From the NCBI GenBank assembly GCA_964252035.1, contig OZ176201.1: a stretch of DNA of 64,000 nt; one strand, 5' to 3'. The notes under the pieces were generated by a model. The model was not told the origin of the DNA. It made no database searches and was given only the letters and a program-made list of their open reading frames with translations. Positions 49,439 through 62,319 of this stretch are shown piece by piece. Each line of letters opens with the position of its first letter. Positions within the stretch are counted from its first letter, which is position 1. Made by a program: the position numbers and the translations under genes. This DNA is from Podarcis erhardii (Eukaryota).

Positions 49439-50467
49439 TGTTCTCAGTCCATCCTCTGTGACAGTGAAGGCTCAAAGCACAGCTGCTATCACTGACACTA
49501 GCCAGTCCAGGAACTCCAAGCTAAATGGGAAGGTGGAAGCACCTGTTATTGACATAATACCTACCCACTATATACTTTACAGTGTGGGGAGGAGAGGAAT
49601 GCAAGGGACTCTGCCTGAAATCGATGCATTTGTGGCCGCTTGACCTCCTACAGAAATGGCCACTGGCTGACCCAGCAGAGATACGTATGGAGTAAAGCGC
49701 AGCTCACCCCCCCCACCCCCCCGCTCGCCTGTCCCCAGTCATCATTAAGTTCTCACTGGTCCAGACTTGCCATGTGCGTAATATTGCCATGGAAATCAGC
49801 CTTTGCTAAAAACAACAGATTTAAGGCATTCAAGCAAATGCCACAATTTAGTTCTACTACAGCTCAGCAGCAGCAGGGAGCCAAAAGCATAAATCGGTAA
49901 TAAGCACACAAGGAAAGAGACAACAGAGGCTTAAGGGCAGCTGTAGTCTTACATGTTCAAAAGGGCATCATGCACAAGAGAAGCCATTAGTTTCCACAAA
50001 GAGCAGCACTGTCATACGCTCCCCCATTATCCCCCACTGCACTCAAGTTACAAAAGGAATAAGCTAATATTATATCACTCCAAGTACATATTCCACATAA
50101 CTTAGGCAGCCAAGTGCTCAGGCACATAAGCAACTTTACTCCAGTCCCCTCCTGTTCTGTGACAGCAGACTAGAAGTAGAAGCTATCAGCCCCAAGATAA
50201 CGGAGGGGGGGGGTAGGACTCTTCACATAATGCTGATGCCCCTTTTGACATTACAGACATGATGCCAGGAGTGCTGTTCCATGTGTTCATCTGATAGCAT
50301 TGCCATAACGCTTAAGAGCACATCACCATTTGGATCATTATCAAGGAATTTTTGCCCAGCAATTTGGTGGCAAGCCTTTATGCATTATAGCATCTGCAGC
50401 AATTCCGCAGCCACCTCTGAAGAGTGCTATAGTCCTGTCATGGTCAGAGTGTGTTGCAATTCAAGAA

Positions 50468-50568
50468 CAGTCGAACCACTGAAGTCAAACGGAATCCGTT
50501 CTGGAAGTCCATTCCACTTCCAAAATGTCCAGAAACCAAGGCGCAGTTTCCAATTGGCTGCAGGAAGG
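50468..50568. mobile_element. Truncated Tc1/mariner MITE (family of 60361)
   Basis: cagtcgaacc..gaagtcaaacggaatccgttctggaagtc..ccaattggctgcaggaag is the inverted homolog of 60361-60601. Confidence 0.6.
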
Positions 50569-51569
50569 CAGCCAAAATGGCTGCCTTGAATTTATGTTTC
50601 CTAGGGGATCTGCATATAGTATACACCATATCATAGGCAATACAATAAGATTTTGCTGCAGATGTTGATATGCACAAATCTGTTATGAGCCAATCAAAGT
50701 CAAGCACTTTTATGTATGAGAAACTAAATCTCATCGGATAGCAGGGAATAAATATCTGACCCACAAATAACTCTTTAATCTACCCTGGGCACAACAGAGA
50801 CATTTTGGATTCATTTACTGCATCTCTAAATAATGTATGGCAGGCAGATATGTAATCAGATTAAGCTCAAAAAAAGATGACAAACTCAGACACACAGACC
50901 CCTATCTTAATTACATACATGATTATTGTTTACCCTAGAGCCAATTTTTATAGACAAATGTGGGGCCAATGATGGACTGAACAAGGAATTGTGGTATTTA
51001 AAACAAAATAGACTTAACAGTAGAATAACATAGGAACCTAAACAGGCTCTTTTAGCCAACATGAAATTTCTAACTGGTGTGCAAAAGGATTGGTAGTCAA
51101 ACAGAAATCAATTTGCACTAACCATTTTTCTCTGCAATTAGGCGTAGGTGTTGTAATACGTGTAACACTAGATTATCACTTTTTAAATAGCTCTGATCTT
51201 CTGGAGAACTTGATTATGTGGTGATTTGCACCAAATGAAAAAGCGCACCAAGCATTCCTTTTATTTAAAGAGAGATTCTTTTACTGTGGGAACATTTGAA
51301 AATGTTTAAGTGGGTTTATAAAAAAATATTTTGTTTTTAGCAAAGCAGCAACAAGCATGTTTGTGTAAAGGGAAGCAGCAGCAAAGGCCTCCAAACATGT
51401 AGTACTATGCTTGCTTCTTTCTACTGAATAACCTGTCAGCTATCTTGATTTGTACTGAAAGTAGAATAATTCCAAGCCATTTCAAATATCATACTTATAA
51501 TATGCTTGATATCCTCCTGTGGCTGACTTCAATATCACAACACTCACACCAATAATGTCACAGCAGTAA

Positions 51570-51752
51570 CACTGGAGGCAGCAATGCTTCTGAATACCAG
51601 TTGCTAGAAACCACAGGAGAGGAGAATGTTCTTGTGTTCAAATCCTGCTTGACGGTTTCCCCCACAAGGATCTGATTGGTCACTGTGAGAACAGGATGCT
51701 GAACTATAGATAGGCCAATGGCCTGATCCAGCAGGCTCTTCATGTTCCTATG
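51570..51752 (+). mobile_element. CR1-type LINE 3' end
   Basis: atgcttctgaataccag is shared with ~16640; ends gcctgatccagcaggctcttcatgttcctatg. Confidence 0.75.
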
Positions 51753-52013
51753 AAGTTTTGCATCAAGCGACTGATCTGAATAACCTAAGAACTTTCCACA
51801 CTAGCATAAAAGCACCATCCTTGTGTGAGAACTACCTGTGTGATCTGGGAGACCAACATGACACAGAACTTTGTATTTTGAGACACAACCCTGCTTCAAA
51901 GCAATGCTCGAACGGAACCTCTTTTTTATAAAGTAAATATGTAGCTTAGATGCCTCCTGTTCAAACTAACAAGCGGCAAGTGCATGACAATGCAAATTGA
52001 GCACAAGAAGTAC

Positions 52014-52127
52014 CTCCTTAGTTCATTCATGACTTTGAATGCCTTTCCCATGTGACAAGGATTGATGGTCACTGTTCGCTGGTCCTTATCTTCATCTTCC
52101 TCAAGTGGTTGGGGGGATCTCTTGATG
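52014..52127 (-). CDS. KLHL3: KLHL3 exon 2 (IKRSPQPLEEDEDKDQRTVTINPCHMGKAFKVMNELR-S)
   Basis: ctttag|C...AGGAG|gtactt; 114 nt; within ORF track 51926..52246. Confidence 0.95.
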
Positions 52128-53788
52128 CTAAAGACAAGGGGAGAAAGGAAGTTGATTTTTTTTTTAATTCTCAATAAATAATGGAAAATATGACCCAATA
52201 ACAATTCATGCAAAACTACTGGCATGCTCACTAACCGTGGTATCACAGTTTCATGGTTTTATCTGGCAGCTGTCTCCACTATGTTCTGAAGTGTAACTAG
52301 AGCACCCTTTTAAGATCTCAGCTATGCTGTACATGCCTTCTACACAACTATGTGAAATATGTGCTAGAGAGGCATGCATAAGTTTTTTTCCTGAACTGCT
52401 ACAAATATTTGTGGATCCTAGACTTGGGCATTTCACATTTCAGGTAAGACATATGCATATCTACCCACTTCTGAAAAAATTAAGAAAGGCAAACGGAAAT
52501 TGATCATTTGGGTTTCAAAACTACAACAGTCAGGTTACAGTGGTTTTATCATTGATCTCTTATCTACTGAACACACACAAAAAAAAACCATCTCAGCCCA
52601 ATACTTTTTATTAAACCTAGAATAGGCAAGTGTATAAACTATTCTGCACATTGTCAAGACGCAGGAATAGTGTGAGTCACACATCCTTTTTCCATGCATC
52701 CAAGCACTGTGCAAAGGGGAACTTGCACATTTTCTCTGCAGGAGTCACTTATACATCCTCTATAGTTAACATGCAAAACAACCCAATTAATCCCTCTGCC
52801 CAAGACTGAAGGTCAGTTCATATTACCTTAAAAGGAATGAATGTAGGTGTACAGAATGAGTCTTTTTCACTACATGTCCAGTTCCTAATGTTTCAATAAA
52901 TGTACATCTATTATGTGGGCACAAACAACTGTCAGTGCACAATGGAAATCAGTACTTAGTTAAGCAGTAAAACAAAATGCACAGCCACCTCACTATATGC
53001 CATAAAAATTAGTCCATGTGTCCTTTCTGTGTAATTTCTGTGCAATTTCATGGTCTTATGAACTGGACCTTAAATAAAAGACCCCAAACCCTTGTTTAAT
53101 TTAAAATGCATAAAGATACTCAGAGTTAATGTATTTCCTTAATGTAAAAAAGGCAGGTTATAGATCTAAAGGCAATGGAAACAAACAAAACAATCTTGCC
53201 AAACCAGTTTCCCCTCTAAACAAAGAGACAAAACAAAACACATTCCCTAACAGCACTGCCAATACAGCTGTATGCAAATACTTCCGTAAAGGGCCTGAAC
53301 CATTTCCTAAAGAGAGAGGCCCAATTTAAACATAACGCTGGGCAAGACAGAATTCAGCCATGGGGTGTTCCATACACCAGCTTCACATTTAAACTAGGCC
53401 ATCAGCCCCTGCACATGCAAGCCACAGACCTCTGGTGTGGTAGCAGTGTATGCACAAGGAAAGGCAACACAGTTCACAAAAAGTGCTGGTGAACAGAATG
53501 CTGCAGTAAAGTTTGCCTTACACACCCAACATATAGGTTAAATCGAGCTCGAGATTCCTTTGAAAACATTTTGTAGAATCCTTCCAGATATATTTTTGCA
53601 CACCTTACTGTAGCTCTGTTTTTATCACCACCAGTATATATTGTTGGGGGCGGGGGGGAAGGCCCATGAAATACCAGGAAGGAGGCTGAGGTGAAAGGAA
53701 TGTTCCAGTATCTTGCCTCATCCCTTTCTAGTACACTCTATCCCTTTCAGCCACCTCTTCATTCTAGCTTTCCTATCTTCCTCTTCAT

Positions 53789-53823
53789 TCTCTCTCTCTC
53801 TTTCACTCTCTCTCTCTCTTTCA

Positions 53824-53859
<36 letters not shown>
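53789..53859. repeat. Compound (CT)n/TTTCA/(CA)n microsatellite
   Basis: Read directly; includes a duplicated (CT)n-TTCA higher-order unit. Confidence 0.9.
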
Positions 53860-54002
53860 TTTTTCCATGTATAAGACTAGTTTTTACCAAAAAATTGTGT
53901 TTAAAATTGGGGCTCGTCTTATACACAGGTAGTGCTGAGGGGTGTTTTCTTAATTTGGAGTCCCCCAAAATAGGGGGCGTCTTATACACAGAAAAATATG
54001 GT
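53858..54002. mobile_element. Tc2/pogo-like MITE
   Basis: Inverted termini atttttccatgtataagac / gtcttatacacagaaaaatatgg; internal repeat of gtcttatacaca. Confidence 0.7.
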
Positions 54003-56771
54003 GTGTGTATATACACACACACAAACACAGAGAGAGAAATATTCTTGTGGCACTCTCCTCCATCCACCCATCCAAATAAGCCTCTGGTTCTTTCCCAAAA
54101 TACAGTACTTTAGTCTTCTGTATAGGAATGAATGACAATTACCTACTTATGTAGGGGGGGAAGTAGATGTATCGCTGGGCCAGTTATTATAGCAGAGGCG
54201 AAACCCTTTCTTAGCCCCTCATGTTCTGAGGCATTAAGAATCCATATTGCTCCTAACTGCACAGCCTGAGGCCTGTGGCCTTACTTGGGATCTCCAGTAT
54301 AGCCCATGACAGTTAACAGACTTCACACCATCAGGGCTTCTCCTTAGCTGGGGAAAGAGAGCTTTACCTTCCCGTGACTGCTACCACACACCTCAACACC
54401 AGTTTCTTCCCCACTTCCATTTAAACTAGCTGCACAGCGGTCTTCGAATATGGTACTTGGAATATGCCAGGATAGCATAGGCTACCAAGGCAAAATTGAT
54501 GTGAATTGCAGAGGCAGCAATTCCCTTTGCTCCTGGGAAAACAAACATGGGTGATGGGAATGTTCAGGATGTCAGATTGAAGAGGCTGTTGTAGGAAGCA
54601 GTGCTGTGCAATAAATCGCCATATCGTTGAATACCGGTATTGAAATAACATCATGATAAGTGATAAGGCAATATACTGGTGAACAAAAGGTGAAGACTTA
54701 ACATCTTTGCTCTCTCCCTCCTAACCAAAAGAAATGATAAATGATAAGAAACGATGATAAACCCTCACACCTCTCCATCAGAGCAATTACGTTACTTGAG
54801 GAGGGGAACTAGCAAGGTCAATGGGGGTGTGTGGCACAGAGAAAGATCACCGCCTAGAAAGTACCCCAAAGTAAAGACAATAAAGACAACACTCAGAGGG
54901 CTACATTCAGTCCTAGGCCTGAGGGGTCATATCAAAAAATGTTGTCCTGTGAGCAAAAGGACTTCCACAAGCAGAACAGGATTTCCACTCCTGCACCAAA
55001 GGGTTGGGCAAACCCTTGAAACAGATTTGGGGGTGCCGGGGTGGGGGAAGTCCTTGTGCTAATTGGACAACTTTGCTAGACTCAAGTCATGGAACCCCAA
55101 TCCTATTCTACAGAAAGAAAGGCTTCCCACCCCGGTTTATATGGTGGGAACAAGGACTGCAGGTGGCTGCTCAGGTGCTTGGAGAAATGAGAAGTAACTG
55201 GGAGACAAGGAGCATAGTGGCACAAATGTTGGGGTAGCACAATGGAGCTGAATAGCCAGTCGAAACCATGGTGGTCGTAGCAACAATATTATTGAGGTGA
55301 ACCCAATGCATCTGCTCAGAGAAGCATTGGACCCCCTGAACCCATTTGAGTTTGACAGGCCTAGAGCAAAGCAGGATAGGTTGGGAGATTGTTGGCAACT
55401 GGCTAACAACAGCTTCTTCACCCTGCTCTCTTTCCACAGTCACAATGTTTTGAAAACTTCAGAACTTACGTTCCGTTTCCTGCTCCACATTTCAGCCTCC
55501 ACCACCAACCTGATTATTCCACAGCACTTTCATGGATGCAAGTGTGTCCACTTTGAAATCGCATTTGGAGTTCCATTAAAACGAACAAACAAAATGTTTC
55601 TCCATGACCCAAGCTCCCTAGCAGCACTGCTGGCATATTTAGAATCAGAAATTTGGATATTAACATTCTGTGCTCTGTTTATATGCCTCTGATGTATAAT
55701 AAGCCTGCTCGTTTTAAAGCCCTGCTACTTCACAAACAGCAAACCCTTCAGCTTTTATCCTTGGACCATACAGAGATACAACAGAATTAAACCTGATAAG
55801 AGTAACTGGGAAGTAGAAAAATCAGAGAAAGACACAAGAAGGTGGAATGGGCTGCCTCCTTTATAAGCTGGCACTTTCTGCTCACAGGAACATTTAATTA
55901 ATTAATTTCTCCTGGCATGCTAGCTGTTCTTCCACAATATACTACTTTTGCACCTCAGCATACTACCTTACTTTCAGCACAAGGCTCTTCCTCCCACGTT
56001 GCCCACCCAAGAGAAAACATTTATACTCACCAAACAGACCCCATGTTCTCTAGTTTATTTGCCTCCAATCCCTACAAAGCCCACAGATACGTGCAGCTCT
56101 TCCTGCTTAATTTACATGCCAGCCAGCACATTGTGAAAGCTCAGTTCTACTGTTTGCCTGACAATTCACCCTTTCACGCCAGTGTTTGAGGACAGTGATG
56201 TAAAAGCCTTTTAAGACAGAGCAACACTCACTTTGGTGTTAGCAACTTTTTTTCTGCAGGGTTCCCCACCACACATGCAACCTATATGTGCATAGAAAAG
56301 TGCAGACAATGAGTGTACATAGGGCTAAGGAACAGGTCTTGCCACTGCATTGCCACTCCCACCCACACCTTACCTACATGCACGTGCAGGCATATGAACA
56401 GTATTGTTGATTATGCTATTATAAATAGCAATGAAAATTGTGTTTGTAAGGCTGATCACTTGATATTGATGGTACTGCTAATATAAATGTGGAGGGGCAA
56501 AGGGGGTGTTGAGGAACATAATGAGTCATTAGAAAGTTGAACTGCTTTTACCCACTGAACAGAAACCCTGAAGATGATCTAGTAACCTGTGAATTGACAC
56601 AGAAAGTATTGGGTGGTGCATTTACTTCTAGTTCTGCAGACAATAAAAAGCACCCAGGGACCTTGCCCCATTGGACCACCTGCTGGTAAATGCACCAAAG
56701 TCTCTCCAGGGACTTATTTCTAAAGTTTACAAAATCAGATGTAACCATAATGTCCCTAGAAGAGCTGAGTA

Positions 56772-56958
56772 CAGTGGTACCTCCGTTTGCAGACGGGATC
56801 CGTTCCGGAGGTCCAGCCGGATCGAGGTTTTCGCAACTGGAGAGACCGCTTCTGCGCATGCGCGCACGGCAAAAACCCAGAGATATACTTCCGGGTTTGC
56901 CGCTTACATATCCTGAAGTTTATGTAACCAGAGAGATACGTAAGCGGAGGTATGACTG
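56772..56958. mobile_element. Tc1/mariner (Tigger-like) MITE
   Basis: TA|CAGTGGTACCTCCG...CGGAGGTATGACTG|TA. Confidence 0.88.
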
Positions 56959-58862
56959 TATTATTTGGGAATATGACACAATGAATTTTGGCTGCATAAC
57001 CTTTATTAGATGGTTAAGAGGATTCAAATAACAATTTGCAATAAATATAAAGGTGTCCTGGTGGCAGTGAAGTGCTGGGTATTTCTGGGAGGATTGTCAT
57101 TAGAAACGTAATATGAATTGGTTTGGACACTTGCTTTTGCTGAAAAGCCGATGTGTCAACTGAAAGCAGCCAAAAGACTAATGGACTGGGACTCATTCTG
57201 TGGTACACAGCACAGCTTTACTAAGCATCCTTCAGACGCAAAAAAGGCATTGGAGGGACTTGCTTGAATGATCAAGAAAACATACCACTGTCACTGCCTA
57301 ACCTTATTACCCAGTCACACGCAGCTGATTTTTGTGGTGCTAGTTTTGTTAAACATACAAGATACTAATTTTTAAACCTTTTTCTTGAAAGGTTTTAAAT
57401 AAAAATTACAACCACCAAACAACTACTATTGCTGAAATATTTCAGTCGTTGATCACATTAGTTTTTCTTGCTCCTATACCCAGACTATCACATATAGTAA
57501 GTGATTCAACAATCATATGAATTTATGCTCATTTGTCACACACCTGGCAGCACACAGGGAGAGCAAGTCCTTTCCTACACATTTTAACATGAGTAGCATT
57601 GCTCCATGCACTATGAAGAATTGGTTTTGAACAACATTCCAGAAAGGAGATCACTGCTGCTGTTGACAGCTCAACAATTTTCATCAGGACTGTCAAGTTA
57701 ATACTACGGTCCTCACCATTTAATTCTTTCTGCATATTCCCACTGAAGAACTGCAAGTGGACTGTGCTACTGGGAAGACCATTGGGATTTGTCTTTGATC
57801 ACTAGAATAGGGTTGAAACAGAAATATAAATCACTGAAACAACAGAGAAGGCGGCACTGGGGGAAGAATACTTGCAAATAGCCATGAATATAGGATATGG
57901 GGTGTAGAAAGAAAGAACCAATTCTTTTCAAGCAAAAATTAAATCTAAACAGCTTTTTGTTTAGCACTATTTAGATGCAATACTGCCATAAGATTTGATA
58001 AGACTAAGGCAACACTTTTAGGCTTTTTATGCAGCACTTTTTATGCATTCACTAGTTCTGACTGCATATTGGCCAGAAAGGGAATCTCATTGCTTGGGGT
58101 ACGTGATCAGCTTTCCAAAATTTCAAAGTCACTTTCAGCATCGAAAAGCAGAGACAGCTTGAGCAGCTTTTTGGCAAAGTCAACTGGTACTTTGCAACAA
58201 TGCACAATCATAACAGTGAATGCATGTCAGTGAGAAGGGAAAGACATGTAGAGGAACCCAACACTTTCCATGGATAACAGATGCCTTGAGACAGCACACA
58301 AAGCACACATGCCATCTACCAGGCTATCCCCGTAGGGAGGCAGTCACTAGTGAAGGTACTCCCATCTGTCAGCATGGGACTGGAGTCAAGAGCAACATGG
58401 AGTTGTAGAAACCACATGGGATTAGTCTTCCACAGTCTTGGAATTGCTTCCATGAATGCATTAACTATGGATGCAAGACAGCCTGTTCTGGTAACTGCTT
58501 CCATCAAAAATATGAACTGCAATGCACATCTACGTGCTCAGAAATAAATTGTTACATGGCCCAAGTACTGTAAATAGTTCCTTGCAGGGTGTCTATCATT
58601 AGTGGTGGTGTTCAGCAAGCAATATGAGAGTCCCTACAGCAGCATTTCTGCAGCCTGATGCTATTAAGTTGTTGTGGATGACAACTCCCACTGTCAGAGA
58701 TGATGGAAGTTGTAGTCCAAAACATCTGGAGAAGCCTTCCCAATAGGGTTTCAGACTGATCTAAAGATAGAAGTTAAAAGTGATTAAGGAGGTTCATCCC
58801 TGCTATCCTCACTCCTCCTTCCTCTAATTATTCCACTGTCAAAATTCAGTTTGCAACCTTCT

Positions 58863-59030
58863 TAGGACTTGAAATCCTCGCCTTGAGCTCACCAGGTGAC
58901 CTTAGGCAAGACCCTCTCTCTCTCTCTTTCTTTTTTTCTTTCTTTCCTTCCTACTCTCTCTCTCTCTCCCGCACAACCAACAATTTGGGGATAATACTAC
59001 TTTCCTACCTTACAGGGGAATTTAAAGTTT
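58863..59030 (+). mobile_element. Decayed MIR/CORE-like SINE
   Basis: ctcaccaggtgaccttaggcaag...ggggataata..cctaccttacaggg resembles the CORE and 3' region of MIR-type SINEs. Confidence 0.35.
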
Positions 59031-60360
59031 ACAAGACAGTGGGTGTGCAACACTCTGATTACTCAAGAGGGATTCGATGTTTTAACAGGATTACACACAT
59101 TGGTTATAATTAGCATTTCTAGTATCATCAGTCATCGTCACCACCACTGTCATTCCTACATCTAGGCAACTGAACTCAGTTCCAATAATTTCAGCAAAGT
59201 AGCAATGTTTGGAGCTCTGGGCTTCCCAATACTTTTTTGCATCCTGTTTACTACAAGAAAGGAAATGAATGCATCCCTTCCAGTCATCCCACTCCCTTGC
59301 CTGGCTCTAATACCATTCATTCATCACAAGTTGAAGCCAGAAAGAAAGTCTGACATGCAGTCTAACCCCCCATACCATGATGTATATTTTTCTTCAAGTC
59401 AGTGCCCCTAAGTTAAGTGGAACTTCATCCCCAATAACTGTTTGTTCAAATGTTTGTTCTCTATGTTCTAAGAACAGGCTGGGGGTTTTGTTAGTGCTGC
59501 CCAACCATCACCTGAGCTGTCCAAGGTTGCACAGAACTTGATGATCAGGATCGTATTTTTATATGCATAGCTGTATTCTATTATAACTTCTTATGCGAAC
59601 CAAGTGGATACATATTTCTATGAAGACTGCCGAACAACTACCTTTAATAATATATCCACAGCTACCCCAGCTATGGCCCCATGAAACAGCTCCTGGTTCT
59701 ACTGTGACAGCTGCCTGCAACTTAGTCTATTAAATGTAGTCGTCACTCGTTCTGAAACAAAGCTGCTTCCTTCTCACAAATTTCTCTCATCACGAACAAA
59801 TGGGCAAAGTCCTCAGATTCCAAACTCATAGCAACTCCAGTGGGAGGTCAAAGCTCTCAAAGAATCTAGGAGCAAGTGTGTATATCAAGATAACCAGTGG
59901 ACAGGGAATGAGGCTGAGCTACTGATAGTGTACAGTAAGTCCACAGTCGAAAGCCCCCTTCTCTCCCTCTCTGCAATTATTGGAGAGATGTACAGATGTA
60001 CCATAAATGTGTGTTGACACCAAGGATAAGAGACCAGTAGACTGTGGGTAGAATAAACCGTTTTGCTGATACGGTTTTGCAATAGGCCCTGGATGGATCT
60101 CACCACAATCTTTAGCACAATCTTTAGCACATGCCAGGAAAATGAGTTCTGAAGGAAAGAGAGAGAGACCATCTTGCAAGCCTGACAACGTTCACTTATT
60201 CCTCCCCAAACACTGGGTATCAAACAGAGCAAAGTGTTTCCTCATGATACATTCCCACACTGACATGGGATTTATTTAGAATATTTAGATACCACTCAGT
60301 AACAAAATATTATACTTTTTTGGGGGGGGGCAGGTTACAGTAAAGAAATATAGGTGAATA

Positions 60361-60601
60361 CAGTCGTACCTTGTATCCCGAATGCCTTGGTACTCGGACA
60401 TTTTGGCTCCCGAACGCCACAAACCCAGAAGTGACTTTTCTGGTTTGCAAACATTCTTTGGAACCCAAACGTCCGGCGGGGCTTCTGATTGGCTGCAGGA
60501 GCTTCCTGCAGCTAATCAGAAGCTGCGCTTGGGTTTCCCAACATTTTGGAAATCAAACAAACTTACAGAAAAAAATCTGTTTGACTTCCAAGGTATGACT
60601 G
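60361..60601. mobile_element. Tc1/mariner (Tigger-like) MITE
   Basis: TA|CAGTCGTACCTTG...CAAGGTATGACTG|TA; internal palindrome gcttctgattggctgcagga / tcctgcagctaatcagaagc. Confidence 0.9.
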
Positions 60602-62319
60602 TACTGAAACCACATGACTGAACTTATTCACACAGGTCTTCCAAATAACGCACACAGACACTCCATGAGGCTGAAGGACAACAGTGAATGGAAAATGTCT
60701 ACATGACCATAGTAACACATGTGGGTGCAGTTATTTGGACATATAGTGCAGCTCAGTGAAAATACACCATAAGGAACAAGCTCTGACACAGCTCTGGGCA
60801 TATGAAAGTGGGATGTTCCACTGATTTCAAGGAGGCATTGGATCTCAACCTTTAGAAAGAAGTATCTGAAGCAGCATTCCATCACAAACCGATAGCAGCA
60901 AAAAGTTAAATCATACTATACTATGGGAAGGAACTGCATCTCATGTTACTACTGCTTCCATATGCAGCAGAGCCTCAACTTTTTCCCCTTTTCTGAAGGC
61001 ATCCAGTTCACAATGTGCAGAGGAAGTGCTCTGCACATCCTGTTTTTCCAAGAAAGCAAAACTAAGTATTCTTTCCATAATTGTTTCACGCAGTTCAAAT
61101 CCCGTCACAATGCAGGAAAAACACATTTCTATTTTGTAAAGTGGAAAACACTGCTACACCCTCTCACCGTGTTCCAAGTATTATGTTTTATAATCTTCGT
61201 TAAGCATCACGGATATTGTAAATGAACAATACAAGACAAGGCCCTTCTATTATGTGTACTGTACCTATTACTGTTTGCCTTTTCGTGTGCTATGTTACAG
61301 GTCACTGGTGGTTCTGGTTTTGTCTCTGCTTTAGAAGGAGACATAGGCATTATCTCCACAATGGATCTGTAAATGTTCTACACTCATGTTGGTTTAAGTG
61401 TCTAAAATACTGCCAGACTGGTTAAGATTTAAAAGATCTGAAATAAGCAACCAAAAGCAAGGAAAGCGTGCTCAGTATCATTTTGGCAGTTACTACCAAA
61501 CTGTAAACGCTGGCTCACTTTGCATGTCTTTCCTTATATAATTGTGATTTACATTTCTTTATGGAGAGGAAGTCTATCATGTGACCAGAATCACATCACA
61601 AGATCAATCACTGTGTTGATCAACCACAGTGATGATCCGATCACATGATGTCCTCCATATCAGGGAGCCACAGGTGGATCACACAAAGCCATTATCTGTC
61701 TGCACATGCCAAACCCCCCCCCCACAACCTCTTACCCCAAAATAAGTCAAATCAGCAACTGTGACCAAAAAAAAAAAAACTGCAGCAAGCAATAGTTACT
61801 AACATGCCACAACAGGAGACCAGATTGTGTGAATCAACCCTGTGTTACTTTACTAAAAATTCTAATGTTTCCATAGCAACTGTTTGGGCTCCCACAAGCA
61901 CACTTCCTGTACTTTTTTTTTTTTTTTAGTTTTATTAAATCCAAACAAGTTAGCCTTTCACCTATGTAATTGCTGTGCCAAGGAACGAAGCGGGCATGTA
62001 TCTGCGGATTAGAAAGTGAATTCCAGAACAGCTGAAAAAAGGGGGGGGGGGATAAATTAAAAGGGAAAGCTGAGTTCAAGCTGGAGCCAGCAGACCTGAA
62101 TTTAATCACTGCTCCTGCATTCTTAACGTGTGGCCGGGCTACTGCCTGCTTTTCACAAGGCAGACTTCTCACTTAATCACATAGTTGTATTCTATTGTGC
62201 AAACGAAGCAGATATATAGTTCTATCAAGCAGACATGTATTTCTATGAGGATGCCACCTTTTTTATTTGGTTATTAAACTCAAAACAATTAAGTTAAAAG
62301 CCTGGCCCGACCGAGGAGG

